A DNA stretch of 64,000 nt from Bacteroidales bacterium. Lineage in GTDB: Bacteria; Bacteroidota; Bacteroidia; Bacteroidales; CAIWKO01. Below the pieces are notes generated by a model. It saw only the letters and a list, made by a program, of their open reading frames with translations. It had not been told where the DNA came from and made no database searches. The stretch spans positions 12,398 to 76,397 of the forward strand of contig JALOBU010000006.1 of assembly GCA_023228145.1 (NCBI GenBank), given 5' to 3'. Positions 20,857 to 29,333 of the stretch are shown piece after piece. Each line of letters begins with the position of its first letter. The first letter of the stretch is position 1. The position numbers were made by a program, and so were the translations under genes.

Positions 20857-20886
20857 CCTAACAGCCTAACAGCCTAACAGCCTAAC
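20857..20886. repeat. Tandem 8-mer repeat (CCTAACAG x3.75) with degenerate copies upstream
   Basis: Read directly: cctaacag cctaacag cctaacag cctaac, preceded by cacctaac/cacccttag/cacctat. It overlaps the stop codon of the MORN gene. Confidence 0.9.
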
Positions 20887-21538
20887 TCCCTCCAACAATT
20901 TTCCCTGCCTTATATTCCACCATTTTCTCCATCTCACCGTTTTCACTATAAAATATTTCTTTTCCGTCTTTTTCATTATTGATGTAGCTCACTTCACGTT
21001 TCAGTTTTCCGTTCCAGTAAAATCCCTTTAAAACTCCGGTACCTTTAACGAAGTCCCCTTCACCAACTTTTAGCCCTTTTTCATCATAATACTCCCATGT
21101 GCCCTGAAACAAACCTTTAAAATAACCTCCTTTTATTTTGAGTTGCCCATCTGGGTAGTTTTCAATATACAAGCCATCCAGAGTATCATTCAGGTAGTTT
21201 TCTTCTTTGAAAAGAGCCCCATTTTCATAGAAGATAAGACTTTTGCCTTCGCGTTTATTGTGAATATAATTTTCCTCCCTGTTGATGTTGCCATTAAAAT
21301 GCCAGCTTTTCATTTTCCCTTCAATCTGTCCGTTTGAGTAATTGCATTCCATTTTTTTGTTTCCATTGCTGAAATACCAACAGGCATTTCCGTTGAGTTT
21401 TCCGTTACGGTAAGTGAGTTCCGATTTTAGTTCTCCGTTAGGGTAATATTCCTTGCGAACTTTGTTACAGGCGCATGTAATGGCAACAATTGAAACTATC
21501 AGGAAGGTTTTCAGAAGTGGCAGAGTGAAAATTTTCAT
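20882..21538 (-). CDS. MORN-repeat (YwqK-like) protein
   Basis: 218 aa with a signal/lipoprotein-like N-terminus (...AITCACNK) and repeated YxNGxLxxExxYxNGKxxG units. Confidence 0.75.
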   Translation of the reverse strand: MKIFTLPLLKTFLIVSIVAITCACNKVRKEYYPNGELKSELTYRNGKLNGNACWYFSNGNKKMECNYSNGQIEGKMKSWHFNGNINREENYIHNKREGKSLIFYENGALFKEENYLNDTLDGLYIENYPDGQLKIKGGYFKGLFQGTWEYYDEKGLKVGEGDFVKGTGVLKGFYWNGKLKREVSYINNEKDGKEIFYSENGEMEKMVEYKAGKIVGGS

Positions 21539-21548
21539 GAGTAAGGCT

Positions 21549-22796
21549 TTATGCCACCATAAGAATGGAACGATCTATTTTGTTGATTTTTTCTTCAGCG
21601 AATTTCCTGCTGATATGCAGGTCGCTGGTGTCATTATTCGATGGCATTTCAAACATGGCATCTGTCATGATAATTTCAAAAATAGACCTGAGCCCGCGGG
21701 CGCCAAGTTTAAATTCAATGGCTTTTTCAACAATCAGATCCAGGGCAGCCTCGTCATAAGTCAGTTTGATGTTGTCCATCTCGAACAGTTTGACATATTG
21801 TTTTGTAAGGGCGTTTTTAGGTTCTGTGAGTATGCGTTTCAGGGCGTTTTGGTCGAGAGGGTTTAGGTGGCAGATAATGGGCAGGCGGCCTACCAGTTCG
21901 GGAATGAGCCCGTAACTTTTTAAGTCTTGCGGAGCCACATACTGTATCAGGTTGTCTTTATTGATATTTTCACGCTTGGAACCTGCAGCATAGCCTATCA
22001 TGCTTGTCATCAGCCGGGAGCCTATTTTATTTTCTATTCCGTCGAAAGCGCCGCCGCAGATAAACAAAATATTTTCAGTGTTTATTTGTATCATGCGTTG
22101 TTCGGGGTGTTTTCTCCCTCCCTGCGGCGCTACATTTACTATTGAACCTTCAAGCAGTTTGAGCATGGCCTGTTGCACGCCTTCACCCGAAACGTCTCGG
22201 GTGATGGATGGATTGTCGCTCTTACGGGCAATCTTGTCAATTTCATCAATAAACACTATGCCTTTTTCCGCTTCTTCCACATTATAGTCAGACACTTGCA
22301 ATAGTCTTGTAAGAACGCTTTCCACATCTTCTCCCACATAACCGGCTTCAGTTAGTACTGTGGCATCGGCTATGCAGAAAGGTACATGCAGCATTTTGGC
22401 AATAGTACGGGCAAGTAAGGTTTTGCCTGTTCCGGTTTCTCCTACAAGGATGATATTGGACTTTTCAATTTCTACATCGTCTTTGTCGTTAGCTTTTTTC
22501 CCTAGATTAGATGTGATCCTTTTGTAATGATTATACACAGCAACCGACAATACTTTTTTCGCATTGTCCTGGCCAATAACATATTGGTCAAGGTGTTTTT
22601 TTATTTCCGATGGCTTTGGTAATTCAAACTTTTTTGGAGAGAAACTTTTTTTTCTGGCACTGTATTCCTCATGCAATATGGATTGTGCCTGTTCCACACA
22701 GCCGTCACATATATGCCCTTCCAAACCTGCGATAAGCAGGTTTACTTCTGCCCTTTTCTTCCCGCAAAAAGAACAATGTTCCAAATCCTTAGCCAT
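21549..22796 (-). CDS. clpX: ATP-dependent Clp protease ATP-binding subunit ClpX
   Basis: 415 aa. It has the N-terminal zinc finger CSFCGK...CDGC, Walker A GETGTGKT and Walker B FIDEIDK. Confidence 0.97.
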   Translation of the reverse strand: MAKDLEHCSFCGKKRAEVNLLIAGLEGHICDGCVEQAQSILHEEYSARKKSFSPKKFELPKPSEIKKHLDQYVIGQDNAKKVLSVAVYNHYKRITSNLGKKANDKDDVEIEKSNIILVGETGTGKTLLARTIAKMLHVPFCIADATVLTEAGYVGEDVESVLTRLLQVSDYNVEEAEKGIVFIDEIDKIARKSDNPSITRDVSGEGVQQAMLKLLEGSIVNVAPQGGRKHPEQRMIQINTENILFICGGAFDGIENKIGSRLMTSMIGYAAGSKRENINKDNLIQYVAPQDLKSYGLIPELVGRLPIICHLNPLDQNALKRILTEPKNALTKQYVKLFEMDNIKLTYDEAALDLIVEKAIEFKLGARGLRSIFEIIMTDAMFEMPSNNDTSDLHISRKFAEEKINKIDRSILMVA

Positions 22797-22799
22797 TTT

Positions 22800-23474
22800 T
22801 TATTTTTTAGCTTTGATAAGTACTTCGTCAATCATGCCGTATTTGTGAGCTTCTTCGGCAGTCATCCAATAGTCACGGTCTGCGTCTTTCCATATTTTAT
22901 TGTAAGGTTGCCCCGAGTGTTGTGCAATGATTTCGTACAGTTCTTTTTTTAACTTTTGAATCTCGCGTGCTGTAATTTCAATATCCGATGCCTGCCCTTC
23001 GGCTCCTCCCATAGGCTGATGAATCAGGATGCGTGAGTGTTTCAATGCCGTACGTTTTCCGGTGGTGCCGGAGCAAAGAATGATGGCCCCCATGGATGCT
23101 GCCATACCTGTACAGATAGTCGCCACGTCGGAAGAGATATACTGCATAGTGTCGTAAATGCCCAGTCCAGCATATACCGAGCCGCCGGGAGTGTTCAGAT
23201 ATATCTGTATGTCTTTTTTTGAATCTACCGACTCCAGGAAAAGCATTTGTGCCTGGATGATGTTTGCAACATAATCGTCAATGGCTGTGCCTAGAAAGAT
23301 AATCCTGTCCATCATCAGGCGTGAAAAAACATCTACTTCACGGAAGTTTACCTGTCGTTCTTCAATAATGGTACGTGTCATATCTTTTGTAACAGCACTG
23401 TATTTGTCAAGACGTGAACTGCTGATTCCGAGATGCCTGGTGGCATATTTGCGAAATTCTTTGGATGAATCCAT
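22800..23474 (-). CDS. clpP: ATP-dependent Clp protease proteolytic subunit ClpP
   Basis: 224 aa. The catalytic region is GMAASMGA (Ser) ... IHQP (His). It lies between tig and clpX. Confidence 0.95.
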   Translation of the reverse strand: MDSSKEFRKYATRHLGISSSRLDKYSAVTKDMTRTIIEERQVNFREVDVFSRLMMDRIIFLGTAIDDYVANIIQAQMLFLESVDSKKDIQIYLNTPGGSVYAGLGIYDTMQYISSDVATICTGMAASMGAIILCSGTTGKRTALKHSRILIHQPMGGAEGQASDIEITAREIQKLKKELYEIIAQHSGQPYNKIWKDADRDYWMTAEEAHKYGMIDEVLIKAKK

Positions 23475-23476
23475 AT

Positions 23477-24877
23477 TTATTGATTTGAAGTGGTTAATAA
23501 TTTTACAAAGTCTTCGTAAGTAACGTCAACATTGGTGATTTTAATTTTACTGGTAAGAAAATTAAACAATTTGTCTTCAAAGAGCTTGTCGTTGATACGT
23601 TTCATCTCTTCCTGGTTTTTCATAACATTTTCAGCTATTTTGTCAAGCTCTGCATCATCAAGCTTATGTTCGTGTTCGTGCTCATTCTCATGAGCATGCT
23701 CATGATGATGCTCATGTTCATGAGCTTTACGAAAATAATCTTTTATAAACTCCTTGGTTTCTTCTGTTGTAACATACAATTGATGTTCTTTAACAATTTT
23801 ATTTTCAATAAGCTGCCATTTTACAACTTTTTTGTGCTGGTCGTAATCGGCTTCTATTTTATCTTTTGTGAGTTTTTCATCTGATTTAGTTTCGAGTAGG
23901 TATCTTTTCAAAAATGCATCGGGGAGGTCGAAACTTGTTTTTTCGATGATTGCTTCTGTGATGTCGTTATGGAGTTTTCTCTGTGTTTCTTTTTTGTATG
24001 ATTCTTCTGCGTCGCGGCGTATTCTTTGGCGCATTTCTTCGTAAGAGGCAATGGTTTCGTTGGGATATATTTTTTTATAAAATTCTTCATTCAGCTCAGC
24101 GGGTTTGTTTCGGCTGATTTCTGTAATAGTAAATCTGAAGGAAGAATTTATTTCTCCAAGTTCTTCTTTCTTTTTGCCAATAAAATATGCGGCTTCGTAA
24201 TCGGAACGGGCCAGCTTTTTGGGGTCAACTACTAACGCGTCATCTTTTTTAAGCCCAAGAAACTGTGCTTTTATTTTTTCATCAGGAATATGTTCCATAT
24301 AAATGAAAGCAGTGTTTTTAATTCCGTTTTCTTTGGGTTCATTTTTATCATCAAGTTCTGCAAATTCTCCCGAAATCATGTCGTTTTCTTCGATTATTTC
24401 AGCTTTTTCAAACTCCCCATATCTTTTACGCATTTCGTTCAGGTACTTATCTACAGTTTCTTCAGTAACGCCGATGGTGTATTGATTCACGGAGATGCTT
24501 TCGGAAATGTCCACTGTAAATTCTGGTGCCAGGGCAATGTCAAAGTAAAACGCAAAATTAGTTTCTGTGTCCAGGTCTACGGGTTTGTTTTTTTCTTCAT
24601 TGGGAAGTGGAGCGGCGAGGATTTCAATTTTGTTTTCATCGAGAAATTTATACAGACCATCGCTGTATTCCTTGTTAACGACGTCATAGATAACAGCTTT
24701 ACCGTACATTTTTTTAATCATTCCGAAAGGTACTTTTCCCGGACGAAATCCGGGCATATTGGCTTTTCGCTGGTAATCTTTCAGTTGTTTGTCAACTTTT
24801 TCCTGGTAATCTGCCGGCTGGAGTTCAATCTGTATTGTTGCGGTCAGGTCTCCGGTCTTCTCCTGTGTGATGTTCAT
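23477..24877 (-). CDS. tig: Trigger factor with His/Glu-rich insertion
   Basis: 466 aa. The ribosome-binding motif GFRPGKVP is present and the gene is in the tig-clpP-clpX context. It contains AHEHEHHHEHAHENEHEHEH near the C-terminal domain. Confidence 0.9.
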   Translation of the reverse strand: MNITQEKTGDLTATIQIELQPADYQEKVDKQLKDYQRKANMPGFRPGKVPFGMIKKMYGKAVIYDVVNKEYSDGLYKFLDENKIEILAAPLPNEEKNKPVDLDTETNFAFYFDIALAPEFTVDISESISVNQYTIGVTEETVDKYLNEMRKRYGEFEKAEIIEENDMISGEFAELDDKNEPKENGIKNTAFIYMEHIPDEKIKAQFLGLKKDDALVVDPKKLARSDYEAAYFIGKKKEELGEINSSFRFTITEISRNKPAELNEEFYKKIYPNETIASYEEMRQRIRRDAEESYKKETQRKLHNDITEAIIEKTSFDLPDAFLKRYLLETKSDEKLTKDKIEADYDQHKKVVKWQLIENKIVKEHQLYVTTEETKEFIKDYFRKAHEHEHHHEHAHENEHEHEHKLDDAELDKIAENVMKNQEEMKRINDKLFEDKLFNFLTSKIKITNVDVTYEDFVKLLTTSNQ

Positions 24878-24909
24878 TTGTAAGGTTTTATTTTAAGTTC
24901 TATATTCTG

Positions 24910-24991
24910 TGCGGATGAAGGGACTCGAACCCCCACTCCTTTCGGAACCAGATCCTAAGTCTGGCGCGGCTACCAATTACGCCACATCCGC
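24910..24991 (-). tRNA. tRNA-Leu (anticodon TAG)
   Basis: Minus-strand class II tRNA. Acceptor GCGGATG/CATCCGC; anticodon stem CCAGA/TCTGG with loop CTTAGGA; long variable arm; T loop TTCGAGT. Confidence 0.85.
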
Positions 24992-25001
24992 AATTTTTTT
25001 G

Positions 25002-25009
25002 CAAAGATA
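25002..25009 (-). promoter_or_regulatory. -7 promoter box (TATCTTTG on minus strand) for tRNA-Leu, and probably tig-clpP-clpX
   Basis: Plus-strand caaagata, 11 nt upstream of the tRNA 5' end. No terminator is seen between the tRNA and tig. Confidence 0.6.
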
Positions 25010-25035
25010 CATTTTTATTTTGTGATAAACAGTGT

Positions 25036-26340
25036 TTACTTTCTCCTGATTTCAGCACCGATATTTCTGAGTCTTTCGTCAATATTTTGATACCCTCGGT
25101 CAATTTGTTCAATATTATGGATTGTGCTCTTGCCTTCTGCCGACAGTGCGGCTATCAGCAATGCTACTCCGGCCCTAATGTCGGGCGATGTCATAGAGAT
25201 GCCCCGTAGTGGGTACTGGCGGGCGAGACCAATTACTGTTGCACGGTGAGGGTCGCACAATATGATTTTTGCCCCCATATCTATAAGTTTATCAACAAAG
25301 AACAAACGGCTTTCAAACATTTTTTGATGAATGAGCACGCTACCCTTAGCCTGCGTGGCCACTACCAGTGCCACACTGATAAGGTCAGGGGTGAAGCCCG
25401 GCCAGGGGGCATCGGAAATTGTAAGTATGGAGCCGTCGATATAATTTTCTATTTCGTATATGTCCTGTGCCGGAACAAAAATATCGTCACCCAGGAGTTC
25501 AAAATGTATTCCCATCCGTTTGAATACATCGGGTATTATACCCAGATGTTCATACCTGACATTCTTTATCCTTAACTCCGATTTTGTCATGGCGGCAAGG
25601 CCTATAAAACTTCCCACTTCTATCATGTCGGGCAACAGTTTGTGTTCACAACCGTGCAGTTCTTTCACACCTTCAATGGTAAGCAGGTTAGAACGTATGC
25701 CGCTAATTTTTGCGCCCATATTATTCAGCATGGTGCAAAGCTGTACGATATAGGGCTCACATGCGGCATTAAAAATGCTTGTCGTTCCTTCGGCCAGTAC
25801 TGCCCCCATGATGATGTTGGCAGTACCGGTTACCGAGGCTTCATCGAGCAGCATACTACAGCCTGTCAATTTTGCTGCGCTGATTTTATAAATATTATGC
25901 TTGTAGTTATAATCGAATTTTGCTCCCAGTTTTTCAAAACCTATGATGTGTGTATCGAGGCGGCGGCGGCCTATCTTATCGCCACCGGGTTTAGGCATAT
26001 ATGCTTTGCCAAAACGAGCCAGCAAAGGGCCTATCAGCATTACCGAGCCGCGCAGGCTGGTGGCTTTTGCAAGAAATTGTTCCGATGTGATGTAATCCAG
26101 ATTAATATTATCTGCTCTGAAAGAATAAATACCTTCGGCTGTTTTATTCACTTCAACCCCCAGACCGGCGAGCAAATCAATCAGTTTATTAACGTCATTG
26201 ATATTTGGCACATTACTAATAGTAACTTTTCCGGAGGTTAGCACAGTGGCACACAATACCTGCAGGGCTTCGTTTTTGGCTCCCTGCGGGATGATATCGC
26301 CTTTTAGGCTTATTCCTCCGTTTATTTCAAATGATTTCAT
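25036..26340 (-). CDS. murA: UDP-N-acetylglucosamine 1-carboxyvinyltransferase
   Basis: 435 aa. The N-terminus MKSFEINGGISLKGDIIPQGAKNEALQVLCA and the EPSP-synthase-fold repeats match MurA. Confidence 0.92.
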   Translation of the reverse strand: MKSFEINGGISLKGDIIPQGAKNEALQVLCATVLTSGKVTISNVPNINDVNKLIDLLAGLGVEVNKTAEGIYSFRADNINLDYITSEQFLAKATSLRGSVMLIGPLLARFGKAYMPKPGGDKIGRRRLDTHIIGFEKLGAKFDYNYKHNIYKISAAKLTGCSMLLDEASVTGTANIIMGAVLAEGTTSIFNAACEPYIVQLCTMLNNMGAKISGIRSNLLTIEGVKELHGCEHKLLPDMIEVGSFIGLAAMTKSELRIKNVRYEHLGIIPDVFKRMGIHFELLGDDIFVPAQDIYEIENYIDGSILTISDAPWPGFTPDLISVALVVATQAKGSVLIHQKMFESRLFFVDKLIDMGAKIILCDPHRATVIGLARQYPLRGISMTSPDIRAGVALLIAALSAEGKSTIHNIEQIDRGYQNIDERLRNIGAEIRRK

Positions 26341-26512
26341 GGCTCTCAAAATTATGTGGCTGCTAAATTAAAACCAAAATATATAAAATAAACAACACAG
26401 GTGTATTTTTTATTCACAAAACACGCCCGTTTTCTTAAAAATTACTTAATCCACAGCGCTACGATATAACAAATGAATTAAATACCCAATGGTATGGCTC
26501 CGGCTTGCTTTA

Positions 26513-27418
26513 TCAGGCCATCATAGCAGCAAGCGCTATGGAATACATTTTTGTTTTTTCGCTGTCGCCGCGTGAAGTTAAGATAGCCGGAACTTTTGCA
26601 CCTACCACGACAGCTCCCAGTTCAGCGCCGGCAAGCTTTGTGTTGGCTTTGAAAAAAACATTCCCAGATTCAATATTAGGAAATAATATACCGTCAGCAT
26701 CTCCTGCCACAGGGCTTTTCAGTTTTTTTATCTGTACACTTTCCATGTCAATGCAAACATCCATGGCGAGGGGGCCGTCAACTGTGCCGCCTTTAATTTG
26801 GCCGCGGTCAGCCATTTTCGACAGTATGGCGGCATCTATGCAGGCTGGCATGCTTAGGGAAACCTGTTCGGTGGCTGCCAGAACGGCAATTTTTGGATTA
26901 TCAATCCCCAGAGCATGGGCAGTTTGAATGATGAAGTTTAAAATTGCAATCTTTTGTTTCAGGTCAGGAAGAGGTATGATGGCAACATCACTTACAATAA
27001 GAAGCTTGGGATACCTTGGGGTCTCAATCACGGTAACATGGCTGAGAGTAGCATTGGAGTTTACCATCAGTCCTTTTTCCTTGTTGAGAATAGCTCTCAT
27101 GTACTTATCTGAGCTGACTAACCCTTTCATCAGTATTTTTCCTTCTCCGGAATTGATAAGTTCCACAGCTTTCTCAGCTGCTTTCATTTCATCGGCTTCC
27201 TGAACGATTTTAAATTTATTAATTTTAATATTCATCTCCTTGCATACGTCTTCAATGGTTTTTTTATCCCCCACAAGAGTGGCTTCCACAAGTCCAAGGT
27301 CAATAGCTTTGCTGATAGCTCCTATCGTATGTGAGTCGTTGGCATATGCTGCCACTAGGCGTTTGCTTTCCCTGCTTTTCAAAATTTCAAGCATTTGTTC
27401 CAGTCTGGTAATCTGCAT
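26513..27418 (-). CDS. Phosphate acyltransferase of the PTA/PTB family (Ptb-like)
   Basis: 302 aa counted from MQITRLEQ. The short-form PTA_PTB pattern is present (AAYANDSHTIGAI, LMKGLVSSD, GNVFFK). No butyrate kinase gene is adjacent. Confidence 0.75.
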   Translation of the reverse strand: MQITRLEQMLEILKSRESKRLVAAYANDSHTIGAISKAIDLGLVEATLVGDKKTIEDVCKEMNIKINKFKIVQEADEMKAAEKAVELINSGEGKILMKGLVSSDKYMRAILNKEKGLMVNSNATLSHVTVIETPRYPKLLIVSDVAIIPLPDLKQKIAILNFIIQTAHALGIDNPKIAVLAATEQVSLSMPACIDAAILSKMADRGQIKGGTVDGPLAMDVCIDMESVQIKKLKSPVAGDADGILFPNIESGNVFFKANTKLAGAELGAVVVGAKVPAILTSRGDSEKTKMYSIALAAMMA

Positions 27419-27452
27419 TAAATACTCCTTTCTTTTAGTTTTTTTTGTATTA

Positions 27453-28721
27453 TTATTTTGTGTAAAAATCAATCATCTTTTCAATGGCAAGGGTACAAAC
27501 CCTGCAAAAATTGTCCACGGAAATGGACTTCATGGTACAGTCGTAAGATGGGCGGTAAACGCCTTTGGTAACATAACCTCCGCCTTCAAAAACCCCGACT
27601 TTGTTTTTGTATTTCGGGTCGTTGGGTGTAGGTATCGGCGTATCCTTGTCAACAAGGATTTTCCATTTGGAATCAAAGTCAACCAGCGTTGTGAGGTTAG
27701 GATCAGGAGGTTCTACGTCCAAAGGATAAAAGTCGTTGTATGAAGTTTCTGAATCATAATATTCGTCACCCAGCCCTGCAAAGGAATGCCCGAATTCATG
27801 TGTGAAAATATACTCAGCATAGGGGTTATTGTTTACACTGAAAGCGTAATGATTATAAATAGCCCCGCCACCATACTTGGAAGTGTTTGCAATAATGTAA
27901 ATCTGGTCGTAGGGTGCATTGGAAGCTACGTTCCTCAAAGCTTTATTTTCGGAGGTCATCAGGTACCTGTCAAGGTCAAATGTATAAAACCTTGAGCCTA
28001 CCAGAGTATTTTTCCAGATTCCCTGCCCCGGGACATCACTTCCCGATTCTTTGGAAGGCGCCTTGATGGCCCAGATATTAAATTTGTTTTTATTTTGTTT
28101 GTATGGACTGGCGTTAAAAAGGTAGGTGGCAAAGGTGTTGGCATCTTGTATAAACTTATCCATTTCGGAAGAAGTATAACCTTCAGGAATTACAACGATA
28201 TCAACTTTAGCAGCTGGATCACCGGATTGAAGTATCGTTGTTTTTGGATATTCCTGCCTGCGTTCTTTTACAATAAAGTAATTTTTAGGGTCAACAATAT
28301 ATTCAAATTTCTTTTCATAAATACCCTTTCTGTTGCGGGAATGAAATTCACATTTTACCTTTTTTTTAGGGAAAGGTATGGTAACAGTTTCAGAAAAAGT
28401 CCTGTAAGTTGTTTTTGCTTCGTTGGTGGTTTGCCATTCCTGGAACAATGTATTGTAAGAATAGGAGTAAATCAGGGTGTTTTTTTCAGTATCATAAACC
28501 AACAACTTGTATTTTCCATAATTGAAAATATCCAGCAGGTTCACTTTTGAGCCGCCCCAATATGGTTCCTCTATCAGTTCATCAATTGAATATATTTCCA
28601 TGGTGTTGTTTCCTGTGTGATAATAATCGATGCGGAGGGTTTTGTTTTCAAAATAATCATCAAAACCTGCCTGTAAATTCAGGCCAATGACACAGAGCAC
28701 AGAAAAAAATAATGTTTTCAT
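27453..28721 (-). CDS. M64 family metallopeptidase (IgA peptidase M64-like)
   Basis: 422 aa with a signal peptide. The zinc motif HEFGHSFAGLGDEY is characteristic of family M64. Confidence 0.85.
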   Translation of the reverse strand: MKTLFFSVLCVIGLNLQAGFDDYFENKTLRIDYYHTGNNTMEIYSIDELIEEPYWGGSKVNLLDIFNYGKYKLLVYDTEKNTLIYSYSYNTLFQEWQTTNEAKTTYRTFSETVTIPFPKKKVKCEFHSRNRKGIYEKKFEYIVDPKNYFIVKERRQEYPKTTILQSGDPAAKVDIVVIPEGYTSSEMDKFIQDANTFATYLFNASPYKQNKNKFNIWAIKAPSKESGSDVPGQGIWKNTLVGSRFYTFDLDRYLMTSENKALRNVASNAPYDQIYIIANTSKYGGGAIYNHYAFSVNNNPYAEYIFTHEFGHSFAGLGDEYYDSETSYNDFYPLDVEPPDPNLTTLVDFDSKWKILVDKDTPIPTPNDPKYKNKVGVFEGGGYVTKGVYRPSYDCTMKSISVDNFCRVCTLAIEKMIDFYTK

Positions 28722-28898
28722 AAAATTGGCTTTTAATCAAAATGCGAAATAAATAATTTTATTGTGCAAAATACATTTTTTTTGAAAAATCAACTCATAT
28801 GTGATAAGTCTTAATAAAATTTTTGTTTAAATATTATTGACTTTTGTATGATTTTGTATTATTTTTGTTTTTTTTTAGTATAAATTAAATACAATTTT

Positions 28899-29294
28899 AT
28901 GAATACAATGACGATCATTGCCTATTTATTAGCTTTAGTAGGCGTAATTATTGGCTTTATGGGCTTGATAATAATTATAAAGGGGTTTGCAGATAAAAGC
29001 AATAAGAAAATACATCTTGGAACGATACTGGTATGTATCACACTTGCCATAGCTGTTACAGGTGGATTTTGCGCAGCAAGACATGCAATTAAATTTGTAC
29101 GTTATCATGCTTCTGAGTGTCAAAAAGGCCAAATGGATTTCAACAAATGCTGCGGGTTTAAGTTTAATCACAAAGGAATGTGCGCTTCAGGAGACACAAC
29201 AATTACAAGTGATTCAACATGTGTAAAAGTAATTGTTGAAAAAACTTGCGTCAAGGAAGGCGAAAAATCTCCTTGTCCGCATCATAATAAATAA
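28899..29294 (+). CDS. Small membrane protein with Cys-rich C-terminal domain (function unknown)
   Basis: 131 aa with two predicted TM helices. The 70-aa tail has 9 Cys (CQKG...KCCGFKFNHKGMCASG...CVKV...CVKEGEKSPCPHH). Confidence 0.5.
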   Translation: MNTMTIIAYLLALVGVIIGFMGLIIIIKGFADKSNKKIHLGTILVCITLAIAVTGGFCAARHAIKFVRYHASECQKGQMDFNKCCGFKFNHKGMCASGDTTITSDSTCVKVIVEKTCVKEGEKSPCPHHNK

Positions 29295-29333
29295 TTCGGT
29301 TTCATCCGGGTTAAAAATAGCATTGCATTGTTG

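Noticed and set aside
20857-20886. Possible CRISPR or telomere-like array
   Set aside because: The repeat unit is only 8 nt, with no spacers and under 4 copies. There are no cas genes in the window. It is a simple tandem repeat.
24290-24883. Long antisense ORFs opposite well-supported genes
   Set aside because: This group comprises 24290-24883 opposite tig, 25642-26241 opposite murA and 26505-26927 opposite ptb, plus 32946-33614 opposite the radical SAM gene and 55296-55793 opposite PP2C/TPR. They are shadow ORFs with low-complexity or unrecognisable products, and the opposite strand carries clear family motifs.
26513-27418. Ptb-like acyltransferase lacking an adjacent butyrate/acetate kinase as an anomaly
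   Set aside because: The partner kinase can be encoded elsewhere, and a single window cannot establish its absence. This is not informative without the whole genome.
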